Sequence record: LC739536.1
DNA from: Escherichia phage phiWec187
Strand: one strand, 5' to 3'
DNA length: 64,000 nt
The notes beneath the pieces are model-generated. The model ran no database searches, had not been told where the DNA came from, and saw nothing but the letters and a program-made list of their open reading frames with translations. The position numbers and the translations under genes are program-made. Each line of letters begins with the position of its first letter. The stretch's first letter is position 1. Positions 1-8,903 of this stretch are shown here, piece by piece.

Positions 1-190
1 TCTCCTTCCAATTATTCCCTTCAGTAAAAATAATACCTTCATAAAACAACCATCTGGAACCTTTTTCAACAGGAACAGGAAGCTCTTCTTCAGTAAAGTT
101 ATAAACCTCTCTAGCATCTTCTAAAAGTGATGCAAATGTTTTTGGACTTACTGTTACGCGAGGAGCATTGATCAGTTGATCTAGCATCAT
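1..190 (-). CDS. hypothetical protein, 3' end beyond window start
   Basis: ATG at 188-190 (minus strand) preceded by AAGGAGG at 200-206; frame open to position 1. Confidence 0.4.
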   Translation of the reverse strand, partial: MMLDQLINAPRVTVSPKTFASLLEDAREVYNFTEEELPVPVEKGSRWLFYEGIIFTEGNNWKE

Positions 191-203
191 TCTACTATCC
201 TCC

Positions 204-530
204 TTACCAAACGTGTTGAGAAATAATAGTTTCCGTTTCAATGTTATATTTTTCAAGAATTTGTGCATAGGCTTCTTTTGCATTCTTATTTAGTTGCTCA
301 AGATCTACAGCTACACTTCCTTCGCCACCTTCTAAATAAATCCCATATATGCAATAAGATGCATCAGCGTCATAGAAAGGTGAGATACGGCTTAAATCAA
401 GACCTTCTTGTAAGAACCAATTAAAATCTCCATCAAATTCTTCTTCAATTCTAGGATCTTCTCCTACAGCCTCTTCCCATTTATTAAAAGGTGCACCCTG
501 TAACATACGCCATTCAGTGGCAACTCCCAT
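204..530 (-). CDS. hypothetical protein
   Basis: 108-aa ORF in co-directional gene array. Confidence 0.5.
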   Translation of the reverse strand: MGVATEWRMLQGAPFNKWEEAVGEDPRIEEEFDGDFNWFLQEGLDLSRISPFYDADASYCIYGIYLEGGEGSVAVDLEQLNKNAKEAYAQILEKYNIETETIISQHVW

Positions 531-666
531 TATCTTCCTCCTCTTCTTTTTCTTCCGTGTGAACGAAGCCTAAACCGTTACAATTCCAACACGGAATAAA
601 TTGTTCCATACTAACAATAAAATTCCCAGTACCACCGCAGATAGGACAAATACTTACATCATCCAT
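523..666 (-). CDS. small zinc-ribbon-like protein (about 47 aa)
   Basis: Not in ORF track; hand translation MDDVSICPICGGTGNF...CWNCNGLGF has CxxC...CxxC; stop overlaps the next start. Confidence 0.3.
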
Positions 667-668
667 TA

Positions 669-875
669 TTAAAGCTCCTCAATCTTTTCTAACATCTGTT
701 TTAACTCATTCTCTGTTAACAGAATTTCTGTGATACCATCATAAGTTTCTACCATCAGAGTAAAACATTTCTCTCCATCTGAACACACAAAAGCACCACC
801 TTCATCTTCTGTTAAGTCAGAATTAATATCTACATCAACAAAATCAATCATCTTTTTCTCCTTTGATAATTTCAA
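669..875 (-). CDS. hypothetical protein
   Basis: 68-aa ORF, acidic. Confidence 0.4.
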   Translation of the reverse strand: MKLSKEKKMIDFVDVDINSDLTEDEGGAFVCSDGEKCFTLMVETYDGITEILLTENELKQMLEKIEEL

Positions 876-1062
876 ACTTGGCTACACCATTAACTATAAT
901 GTGACCGCAAGACATAACTCCTAGCCAATGATCACCATTCTTTTTTAAACGTTTACCGTAAACATCACAGAAACCATTCTGTAATTCGGAAGCCTCATAA
1001 GAGGCTCCCTTTTCGAAAACGTCTTTGAAGTCAGAAATTAATCCAACACAAAGTAGTTTCAT
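844..1062 (-). CDS. hypothetical protein
   Basis: 72-aa ORF; start overlaps nrdB stop. Confidence 0.4.
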   Translation of the reverse strand: MKLLCVGLISDFKDVFEKGASYEASELQNGFCDVYGKRLKKNGDHWLGVMSCGHIIVNGVAKFEIIKGEKDD

Positions 1063-2147
1063 TAAAAGTCTAACTCCTCGTCATCACTTACATCTTTATT
1101 TGCTGAATTCAGTTTGTAAGCTGTAATTTGGATCTCCTGTGCTGCTGCTTGAATTTGATCTGGATTTAACCAAACATCCATCCAAGGCAGTGGACTTTTC
1201 TTCGGTGCACGGAATTTGTGTTTCATTTTCAGTCTGCGATAGATAGGCGCAGCATTGAAGTAAACCCAAAGTTTGAACAACTCTGCGTTACCACCAACGA
1301 TAATCCTTCCTTCACTAAACAGATAGTCACACCAATCTTCCTCTTGTCCAACTACCGTGTCAAGAATTTCTGTCAGAACGTAGATATTATCTTCGTATAC
1401 TTTTCTCCAGACAGGATCTTTCAGCAGTGCATCAATAATAGCATAATCCATTTTAACGTGCAATAGTTCATCCAACATAATTTTTTGAATGAGTTTAGCT
1501 GCACCTACAAACAGTTGCTGCTCTGCTAAGGCAAATGTTGCAGCAAAAGATGATATGAATTGAATGCCTTCCAGACCGATAAGTGCAATCATTCCTTTCA
1601 GAATCAGTAGACGAAGGTTATCATCCTTCTCAATCAGACCTAGAGCATACTTATGCCCTGCCTCTGCCAGATCACTCATTATCTCTTCAACTATACCCAT
1701 CCTCTGGAAGATTCTTTCGTTCTCCATAATCTGATCGATAACTTCATTTGGATTAGGGATACACTGACGAATAATTTCAGAATATGTCAAAGCGTGTAAA
1801 ACTTCCATTTCTGATTGCTTCATCATCATTGCACATGCTTCGTTGTTGCTTAAAAATGGTGCAAACAAAGTGATAATTGATTTAGCAAGTGAGTCATTTT
1901 CCCATTGGAAAGATAGGTTTTTGATCATAACATCATAGTTGCTTTTAGAACAAGCTACGAAATCTTTTCGTGTCTGATCTAAGTTTACTTCGTTTTCATC
2001 CCAATCTTGCTGTTTTTGTAGTTTGTACAGACGATGCATTTCTGGGTATGTTACATTAATAGAATCAAAAATACCTAACTGTTCTCCCAAAAATACAGGG
2101 TAGAAACCTTCTTTGTAAGTGTCGTTGTATAAATTAATCGCTGCCAT
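1062..2147 (-). CDS. nrdB: ribonucleotide reductase small subunit, class Ia
   Basis: 361 aa with R2-like length and acidic C-terminal tail ...DDEELDF; GGAGGA RBS upstream; adjacent to nrdA. Confidence 0.85.
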   Translation of the reverse strand: MAAINLYNDTYKEGFYPVFLGEQLGIFDSINVTYPEMHRLYKLQKQQDWDENEVNLDQTRKDFVACSKSNYDVMIKNLSFQWENDSLAKSIITLFAPFLSNNEACAMMMKQSEMEVLHALTYSEIIRQCIPNPNEVIDQIMENERIFQRMGIVEEIMSDLAEAGHKYALGLIEKDDNLRLLILKGMIALIGLEGIQFISSFAATFALAEQQLFVGAAKLIQKIMLDELLHVKMDYAIIDALLKDPVWRKVYEDNIYVLTEILDTVVGQEEDWCDYLFSEGRIIVGGNAELFKLWVYFNAAPIYRRLKMKHKFRAPKKSPLPWMDVWLNPDQIQAAAQEIQITAYKLNSANKDVSDDEELDF

Positions 2148-2469
2148 TTAAATCCTCCACAATATCACACATTGCTTTTATTGTATCAATGTGTTTTCTC
2201 TCCATACCATTCTCTATGTAAGCCTTCTCTAATGCGTTCCATACACTCTTTGTGAGTAGTACAGTAACCTCTCCGTCATATCTTGCCCTGGTTAAAGCAT
2301 ACCAGGTAGCTATGGGATCATTGGAAGCCCATATTTCAACACTGGAAAATTGAAAACCTGCAATATAATGACAACACCAATCGAATGTAAAATCTTTACT
2401 ATCTACCAGTGTATAATTTCCCCTGCGTCTTTGTGGTGTTGCCCCAGGTAATACAACTAATGTAGGCAT
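2134..2469 (-). CDS. hypothetical protein (start moved to internal ATG at 2469)
   Basis: Track start 2511 overlaps the nrdA stop and would translate a GC hairpin; ATG at 2467-2469 follows AAGGAGG. Confidence 0.45.
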   Translation of the reverse strand: MPTLVVLPGATPQRRRGNYTLVDSKDFTFDWCCHYIAGFQFSSVEIWASNDPIATWYALTRARYDGEVTVLLTKSVWNALEKAYIENGMERKHIDTIKAMCDIVEDLNGSD

Positions 2470-2482
2470 ATTCCTCCTTAAG

Positions 2483-2500
2483 AAAGGGGGGACAAAGCCC
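2483..2500 (-). terminator. GC hairpin between nrdA and next gene (attenuator or terminator)
   Basis: Minus strand GGGGGCTTTGTCCCCC then TTTCTT, then AAGGAGG and ATG. Confidence 0.4.
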
Positions 2501-2510
2501 CCTAGTTTCA

Positions 2511-4775
2511 TTACATTTTACAGGCGCTACACCCCTCGTCTTCAGAATCTTCTTGAGCGAGTGAGGATGCCGATTTTGTTCTGCTATTTAGATAGTACAA
2601 AGATTTACCACCAAGTTTTGCAAACTGAAGGATATATTGCATTTCTGATTTAATGGATAAACGACCACCTTCCATCTTAGAGTAGTCAATCCACTTATCA
2701 CATGATGCACCTTGATCTAAGAATTTAGTCAACAGGCCATATGCTTCAGCCATATCTTTATCTGGTGTATCCCAAGCCGATTGGTAAATATCTTTTAGTT
2801 TATCGTAGTCTGGCACAATAAACAGAACATTACCCTTTTGGCTTTGTTTATAAACTATAGTATCACGTACAGGATACACAGAGTTAGTCGTATTACTTAC
2901 AAGACTACTGGACTCATTTGGAGCAATAGCTGCTAATACGCTATTTCGGATACCACCTTGTGCAATGATATCTTGTCGTAAACCTTCCCAATCCATTTTA
3001 AGTTTAAAATTGCCAATATCGTCTACAGCTTTAGCGTAGGTATCAATAGGCAACCATCCTTCAGGCCATTTGGTTTTATGCATCCATTCTGCATTACCTT
3101 TCTCTTTTGCCAAACGAAGAGAAGCTCTTGCTAACCAATAATAATGTCTTTCTGCTAATTCGTGAATTAGTTTTTTGCCGTAAGGATCTGAATAAGTAAC
3201 AAAATTACTTGCCAGATAATGTGCAAGGTTTGTAATACCTACACCGATAGACCTACGTGCTTTAGCAGTGATTTCGTTATGTTTAAACGGATACTGCATT
3301 GTTTCAATAACATTATCAATAGTCAGAACGGTATAATATGCAACATCTTCATATTCTTCTGGTGTAACACGACCAGCTACAATAGAAGACAGGAAGCATA
3401 ATGCCAATTCTTGATCTTCTGTATTCTCACCTGTGAAAAGATCAGTCATATTGTGAAATGCTTTCGTAGGTAAGAAAATTTCTTGGCACAAGTTTGACTG
3501 GTAAATAACATCCTTAAACGGAGTATGCTTATTAGCATTATCCGCAAAGAACATATAAATACGTCCTGTCTCTGCTCTTTGTGTAATAATTTCTGCCAGA
3601 AGATCTCGTGCTTTTACAAACTTCTTCTTAATTCGTTTGCGACTAACTTTTTCATATACTTCTTCAAACTCTTCCTCGCTTTTATAAAGCGCCTCATAGA
3701 GTTCTGGTGCTTCGTCATAACTGACTAGCATCCAATCTTTACCTTTTGCTGCACGGCGCAGGAAAGCATTGTTTACTACAATAGAGTAATCAAGTTTATC
3801 TACTCGTTTTTCACTAACAGTAGTTGGGTTTTTCAAACGTACCAGATCTTCAAAATCAGGTTCTAGTATTGTAAACGTTACTGTTGCACTTCCACCACGA
3901 CTTGCTTGTTTTGATGCTCCAACACTTGTCTCCATCCATTTCAGATATGGTAAAAGACCACCGTGAACGATACGGTTGTTCTTAACACCTTGTCCTGTGG
4001 CACGGGTTTGAAGGTTAACACCAATACCTGCATTATTCAATGTATATTCATGCGCAAGATAGTTAGCAATTGCTAAAGATTCTGCTGTATCGTCTGCTCT
4101 AAACAGACAACAAGAAGCACTACCTTTAATCTTAGTACGCAAAGTTGTTAAATAAGGCGATGGTAAATTAATCTTAAGATCACTTACGTAGGTATATAGA
4201 CGTTTAATGTCTTCTACTCTGCGGTCTTTTGGTTGGATTTCCATTACCTTCATTGCTACACCAATGAATAAAAACTGTGGTGATTCAAAAACAACATCAT
4301 TGATCGCATCTTTCACAAGATACTTATCAACCATCTGGCGCAGTACGGAATAACCATAAGTTAGGTTTTTATCGTGATTGACAATCTTACCAATCTCAAT
4401 AATTTCTTCTTCTGTATAATCCATTTTCCCCCAATAGCCTTTACTTACAGACATATTGTAGAAATCCAGGAGGGAGGGGATATTGTGATATCCCCCATGA
4501 GCCTGTTTATAGATCATACCAAGAAGTAACCGACCTGCCATATCACTATATGCCTGATCTTTCTTATCAATACATGCTGCTATCATAGCTTTATGTAAAT
4601 CACGAGTAGGCACACCGTCGTAACAACGTTTAACAGCTTCGAGTTCGATTTCAGACCAATTTAATTTACCAGCAGCAAACTCTGACCATTTACGAAGTTT
4701 TTCTGGATTAAATTCTTCTTTCTTGCCGTTTGTTTTTGTTACATAACGGATAGATTTGCTTAGATACTGAGTCAC
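2511..4775 (-). CDS. nrdA: ribonucleotide reductase large subunit, class Ia
   Basis: 754 aa; N-terminal ATP-cone-like segment; NxCxE-like NLCQEI; C-terminal cysteine pair CSACKM. Confidence 0.9.
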   Translation of the reverse strand: MTQYLSKSIRYVTKTNGKKEEFNPEKLRKWSEFAAGKLNWSEIELEAVKRCYDGVPTRDLHKAMIAACIDKKDQAYSDMAGRLLLGMIYKQAHGGYHNIPSLLDFYNMSVSKGYWGKMDYTEEEIIEIGKIVNHDKNLTYGYSVLRQMVDKYLVKDAINDVVFESPQFLFIGVAMKVMEIQPKDRRVEDIKRLYTYVSDLKINLPSPYLTTLRTKIKGSASCCLFRADDTAESLAIANYLAHEYTLNNAGIGVNLQTRATGQGVKNNRIVHGGLLPYLKWMETSVGASKQASRGGSATVTFTILEPDFEDLVRLKNPTTVSEKRVDKLDYSIVVNNAFLRRAAKGKDWMLVSYDEAPELYEALYKSEEEFEEVYEKVSRKRIKKKFVKARDLLAEIITQRAETGRIYMFFADNANKHTPFKDVIYQSNLCQEIFLPTKAFHNMTDLFTGENTEDQELALCFLSSIVAGRVTPEEYEDVAYYTVLTIDNVIETMQYPFKHNEITAKARRSIGVGITNLAHYLASNFVTYSDPYGKKLIHELAERHYYWLARASLRLAKEKGNAEWMHKTKWPEGWLPIDTYAKAVDDIGNFKLKMDWEGLRQDIIAQGGIRNSVLAAIAPNESSSLVSNTTNSVYPVRDTIVYKQSQKGNVLFIVPDYDKLKDIYQSAWDTPDKDMAEAYGLLTKFLDQGASCDKWIDYSKMEGGRLSIKSEMQYILQFAKLGGKSLYYLNSRTKSASSLAQEDSEDEGCSACKM

Positions 4776-4786
4776 TTCCTCTCCTA

Positions 4787-5047
4787 TTAATTGTGCATGT
4801 TTAGAACATCTACATCATAACCGCCACGCATCTCGTTATATAAGCCATTTGCGTATAGAAAACCTTCAAAATGATCTATACCTTCAAAACCTTTTGCCTT
4901 TGCTTTGCGGTCTGCTTCTTGTCTTTTTGGTGATAATCTTTTAGATGTATCAAGGATAACTGTTACATTGCAACCTAATGTTTCATCAAAATAGACTTCA
5001 ATTTCACAGCCTTCATATTTATTACTTTCTGTCATTTGGCCTCTCAA
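4787..5047 (-). CDS. hypothetical protein
   Basis: 86-aa ORF downstream of nrdA. Confidence 0.45.
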   Translation of the reverse strand: MRGQMTESNKYEGCEIEVYFDETLGCNVTVILDTSKRLSPKRQEADRKAKAKGFEGIDHFEGFLYANGLYNEMRGGYDVDVLNMHN

Positions 5048-5458
5048 TTAGAATTCAGAATCATCATCTCGTGATGGATCATGTTCATTTCCGAAGTCTT
5101 CCATTTTGATATGAGAGCTACCCCAACCTGTAAAATCTTCTTCTCCAAAGTGCAAAATATCTACACCTTGATAGATTCGCTTATATTTATAGTCTTGTCG
5201 AACTGGGAAAGTATACAATGTAGTATTTGCAAACACCACACGTCGATTGTTGTTACTACGAATATTAACACCACGTTCTACTGTATAATGTCCATCGGTA
5301 GACATACCAAGCATTACTAATGCTGCTCGCAATGTGGTGTTATGATACTCGTGAGGAATTTTTCCTCCATGCTTTTTAGCCATTTCTTTCCAGATCGGTG
5401 TAGCCTTAATGGTAGACATACTTACGGTCGCCCAAATGGTTGTATTAATTAGTGACAT
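5048..5458 (-). CDS. hypothetical protein with acidic C-terminal tail
   Basis: 136 aa ending ...SRDDDSEF; own promoter and RBS upstream. Confidence 0.45.
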   Translation of the reverse strand: MSLINTTIWATVSMSTIKATPIWKEMAKKHGGKIPHEYHNTTLRAALVMLGMSTDGHYTVERGVNIRSNNNRRVVFANTTLYTFPVRQDYKYKRIYQGVDILHFGEEDFTGWGSSHIKMEDFGNEHDPSRDDDSEF

Positions 5459-5509
5459 AAATTCTCCTTCTCTCTTTTAAGGAGAGCATAGCTCTCCTAA
5501 CGTTAGCCT

Positions 5510-5538
5510 ATACTACACGAATCTCAATTAAAAGTCAA
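5510..5538 (-). promoter_or_regulatory. sigma70-like promoter on minus strand
   Basis: Minus strand TTGACT-N17-TAGTAT, then 5' UTR hairpin and GAAGGAG RBS. Confidence 0.45.
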
Positions 5539-5555
5539 CTATAATTTTAAGTTGA

Positions 5556-6527
5556 TCACCATTTTGTATGGTTCGTCAAAAGTTGACGATGTTGAATCCA
5601 ACCACAGAAGTTTCCACTCCACAAACGATGTTTACGATCCATATGTGTAATACCTTCTTCCCAAGAGGAAGGGAACGGAGGAATATTAATACCACCTTTC
5701 TGTTGTTTTAATCCTGACAAATCCATTTCTTTCATTGGCGTTGCCTGGTGTTCAAACGGGGATGCATGTACCTTTTGTCCAGACAGCAAACGAGAATAGA
5801 TATCCAATGCTTTATCTTTAGTATCATTCAACTTACGATAACTTACCTGAGCGCAACAAGAAGCTGAAATAGCTTTTGCTTCATCTTCTGTCAACATTTT
5901 CTCGTTGGAGAAGGTTTCACCCAAGAAATAACGGATCATACCAGTTTCTGGATCTCGATCACGATTAACGTAAGGTGTATGCCATTCTCCTGGGAAAAGA
6001 AGATATGGTTCAGAAGATTCATACAGTTTTTTAATTTCTTTAGCAAGAGCCTCAATAGTAGGATCTGCATCAGCATCTACGCGCAACCACAAGAAGTTTT
6101 CTAGTTCTGTAGTGGTTACTACAGTCTTCATACGCTGAAATGGTTCTAGTAGGCGGTTTGCAACCTGTTTATGATAACCAGCAAGGGCAAACTCTTCTGC
6201 AAAACGTGCAGCACTTAGTGCAGCCAAGTCCCACCATTCTTTTGCAGTATAACCTGCATCAATCAGGGCATCATGATCTGTGCCTTTATCTTGCATACCT
6301 GGTTGGTTAGCACCAAAACGATAAGGACGTGCTGGAGATTGCCGTACCATTTCAATCAGGGTTTTAACAGGGATAGCTCGACTTGATGCGGCATTACGAG
6401 AAAACAAACGATGCGTCATCAATTCAGAGTGAATGATTCGAGGATATTCAAGTTCAAAGGTAACAATATCCTTACCTTCAGATGTTTGAGAGTGTGCAAT
6501 AATTTTTGCTGAAATAGAATCTGTCAT
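5556..6527 (-). CDS. thyX: putative flavin-dependent thymidylate synthase (ThyX-like)
   Basis: Segment THRLFSRNAASSR resembles the ThyX RHR-x7-S motif; sits in nucleotide-metabolism cluster. Confidence 0.5.
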   Translation of the reverse strand: MTDSISAKIIAHSQTSEGKDIVTFELEYPRIIHSELMTHRLFSRNAASSRAIPVKTLIEMVRQSPARPYRFGANQPGMQDKGTDHDALIDAGYTAKEWWDLAALSAARFAEEFALAGYHKQVANRLLEPFQRMKTVVTTTELENFLWLRVDADADPTIEALAKEIKKLYESSEPYLLFPGEWHTPYVNRDRDPETGMIRYFLGETFSNEKMLTEDEAKAISASCCAQVSYRKLNDTKDKALDIYSRLLSGQKVHASPFEHQATPMKEMDLSGLKQQKGGINIPPFPSSWEEGITHMDRKHRLWSGNFCGWIQHRQLLTNHTKW

Positions 6528-6536
6528 TATTTCTCC

Positions 6537-7127
6537 TTAAGGTAGTAAAATACTTTCAATTTCTTCCCACTGATTATCTAAACCAGTGATAATTACATTA
6601 GGAAGTTTCTTTAACTCTTCCAAGTATGGATCTTCGTAAATAGTGTTGAAATATATTTTCAACGTTTCATCTGGAAATAGGACAAGATTTTCAGCCCTAT
6701 CGTCAATAGTTACGTCGCAAGGTAATAAGTATTTTTCTTTTGTTGCGAAAAAGCCATTACCAGATGTTCTACTAAAGTCCACTTTATCTAAAGATCGTGT
6801 TACGTGTCTATATTTAGAACTAAGGTGTCCACCCTTAGTGTGGCTTGCTATAGATATATTAGCTCCATTTGCAATTATACGATGAACAACATCTGTACTA
6901 TTAGGTACTACTCCCATAGTATCATATAGATGTTGGTTATCCCAAAAAGAGTAAGGATCTACACCAAATTGCTTTTTAAAATCAGGAAAATATTTCGTAA
7001 TATCATAATGCACAGTCTTATGTGCCTTATCAAATTTGATATTAGATCTACTTACCGCATTTAACCAATTTAACCATTCTATATCCGCAGGAGCTATTAC
7101 TAAATCCCAATCACATACTAGACGCAT
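6537..7127 (-). CDS. putative HAD-family 5'(3')-deoxyribonucleotidase (start at internal ATG)
   Basis: From M39 the N-terminus reads MRLVCDWDLV (DxDxV); later LPCDVTIDDR; track start 7241 overlaps tdk by about 130 nt. Confidence 0.4.
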   Translation of the reverse strand: MRLVCDWDLVIAPADIEWLNWLNAVSRSNIKFDKAHKTVHYDITKYFPDFKKQFGVDPYSFWDNQHLYDTMGVVPNSTDVVHRIIANGANISIASHTKGGHLSSKYRHVTRSLDKVDFSRTSGNGFFATKEKYLLPCDVTIDDRAENLVLFPDETLKIYFNTIYEDPYLEELKKLPNVIITGLDNQWEEIESILLP

Positions 7128-7674
7128 TATTTCTCCTGTTATAACATTTTCTACACATTGTTTCGTAAATGTCTTCTCCCCCAATAACAATCTGTTCTTT
7201 AGAGTCGATAAGTCTAGCATTAAAAATAGCCTTTCTTCCACATTTACAAATGCTTTTCAATTCTGTAATTGAATCTGCTATGGCTAATAACCGTTCAGAA
7301 CCTTCAAACAATTCTGTAGCAAAATCTGTTTTAAGTCCATAGCAGAATACAGGAATATCGTAATTATCTACCACATCTCCAAGAATGTCAACCATATCTT
7401 TAGTTAGGAATTGTGATTCATCCACAAATACTGCATCTACTGGATTTTCTTTAAGCTGTGTATAAATTTCCAGCATATCTTCTTTTGTTTTAACTGGTTT
7501 TGCTTCCTCTTTAATACCTATCCTAGAAGCAATAGCACAACCAGATCTGGTATCTAAAGCCGAAGTTAAAAGAAGAACTTTCATATTTCTTTCTTTATAG
7601 TTCCAAGCTGTTTGTAAAAGATGTGTGCTTTTACCACTGTTCATTGGACTATATCGGAAATAAAGTTTAGCCAT
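7111..7674 (-). CDS. tdk: thymidine kinase
   Basis: P-loop SPMNSGKST, VDESQF and C-terminal zinc-binding cysteines. Confidence 0.85.
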   Translation of the reverse strand: MAKLYFRYSPMNSGKSTHLLQTAWNYKERNMKVLLLTSALDTRSGCAIASRIGIKEEAKPVKTKEDMLEIYTQLKENPVDAVFVDESQFLTKDMVDILGDVVDNYDIPVFCYGLKTDFATELFEGSERLLAIADSITELKSICKCGRKAIFNARLIDSKEQIVIGGEDIYETMCRKCYNRRNNASSM

Positions 7675-7719
7675 ATTTTCTCCTCTAACGCTCCCATTTG
7701 TGGGAGCGATAATACTGTA

Positions 7720-8295
7720 TTATTTCTCTTCGTCAAGAAGAATTTTTACTATTTGTTTTCTTCGCTTACTTACTGTACTTTCTGGTGAAATTCCGCGCTT
7801 CGTTAGCCAATTTTTATCCTTTTTAGACTGGCATAAAGCTATCGCTTCTTTCTCCGCTTTTGCTTCCCTGAATGTCATATCGTGCTTGTCAGCATAAGCC
7901 AGGATAGCGTTACACTGCTTACAAACTACACGCAGGTCGTCTTCTGTTACATACAATAGGCGTAAAACAAAACTTGGGATATCTTCATAACAGGTTAATG
8001 TACCTGCTGCATTAATATGGTCTACTTGAAAGTCTTTCATACCTCCTGTATATCCACACAATTCACATTTACAATTCCAAACCTGTTTCGGTTTGCCTGT
8101 TTTCTTATCTAAAACTACATTGCCATCTTTATCCAACCTATCGGCTTTAAATCGTACAGATTGGATCTTTTTTATCTTATTCGGGTGTCTCACCCATGCT
8201 TTCCTTAAGCAACCCCTTAAATATGTATAAAAGGCTGCTTGAGTTTTCCAAGGTGTTCCATCTCCCCAAATAACTTTAGGTTCTTTATTTTCCAA
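7720..8295 (-). CDS. HNH-family endonuclease
   Basis: CKCELCGY...DHINAAG and CKQCN arrangement typical of HNH nucleases. Confidence 0.5.
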   Translation of the reverse strand: MENKEPKVIWGDGTPWKTQAAFYTYLRGCLRKAWVRHPNKIKKIQSVRFKADRLDKDGNVVLDKKTGKPKQVWNCKCELCGYTGGMKDFQVDHINAAGTLTCYEDIPSFVLRLLYVTEDDLRVVCKQCNAILAYADKHDMTFREAKAEKEAIALCQSKKDKNWLTKRGISPESTVSKRRKQIVKILLDEEK

Positions 8296-8479
8296 TAGTG
8301 CTCACCTTTTTAGCTACATAATCTCCAGGTGGAATGTTATACTTAAAGAAAAGCATACGGTCTAAACCAGCTTTACACATGTTTTCTGGGATTGTGATTG
8401 TATATAGGAGTTTATCTCCACGTTTATTGTATATTTTATATACTTCACCCTCTCCGTATTGTTTACCGTGAGAAGCCAT
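8285..8479 (-). CDS. hypothetical protein
   Basis: 64-aa ORF. Confidence 0.35.
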   Translation of the reverse strand: MASHGKQYGEGEVYKIYNKRGDKLLYTITIPENMCKAGLDRMLFFKYNIPPGDYVAKKVSTIGK

Positions 8480-8864
8480 CTACACTCTCCTTCAATGTTT
8501 CAATAGCATCTGCTGCTTCAATATACTTACCTTTGTACATTGCTTTTAAAGCCTTACGAACAAGATCATCGTCTGTGTATAAATCAATTAGCTGATTAGC
8601 TAACTCAATTTTTACAGGATTTTTTAAGTTAGGGTAGGCTTCATACAACATATTGTAATACTTATCACTTAATTCTTTTTCAATATGAATAACGTGAATC
8701 GCTTTGTTTAGGTTGATCACACGATCACCTTTGTTTCGACAAGCATACTTAGCTAACTTAGTGAAACAAGGAGTTGCACCAATTAGATATGCAAGTTCCA
8801 AAGGTTGCATACGCATACGTTTGTAGTGATCACCATCAATTTGAATATCCAGTGCTGTAGTCAT
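8463..8864 (-). CDS. hypothetical protein
   Basis: 133-aa ORF downstream of hairpin terminator. Confidence 0.45.
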   Translation of the reverse strand: MTTALDIQIDGDHYKRMRMQPLELAYLIGATPCFTKLAKYACRNKGDRVINLNKAIHVIHIEKELSDKYYNMLYEAYPNLKNPVKIELANQLIDLYTDDDLVRKALKAMYKGKYIEAADAIETLKESVDGFSR

Positions 8865-8871
8865 AAATCCT

Positions 8872-8902
8872 CCAAAAATAAAGGGGCTTTCGCCCCTTTT
8901 TT
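8872..8902 (-). terminator. rho-independent terminator, likely bidirectional
   Basis: AGGGGC-TTTC-GCCCCT flanked by T-runs on both strands. Confidence 0.5.
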
Positions 8903-8903
8903 A

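Noticed and set aside
1218-1466. Plus-strand 82-aa ORF antisense to nrdB
   Set aside because: Lies entirely inside a confidently assigned gene on the opposite strand, no RBS, low-complexity translation; treated as shadow ORF.
3219-3728. Plus-strand ORFs (3219-3401, 3525-3728) antisense to nrdA
   Set aside because: Shadow ORFs within the RNR large-subunit gene; Cys/Phe/Ile-rich translations typical of AT-rich antisense frames.
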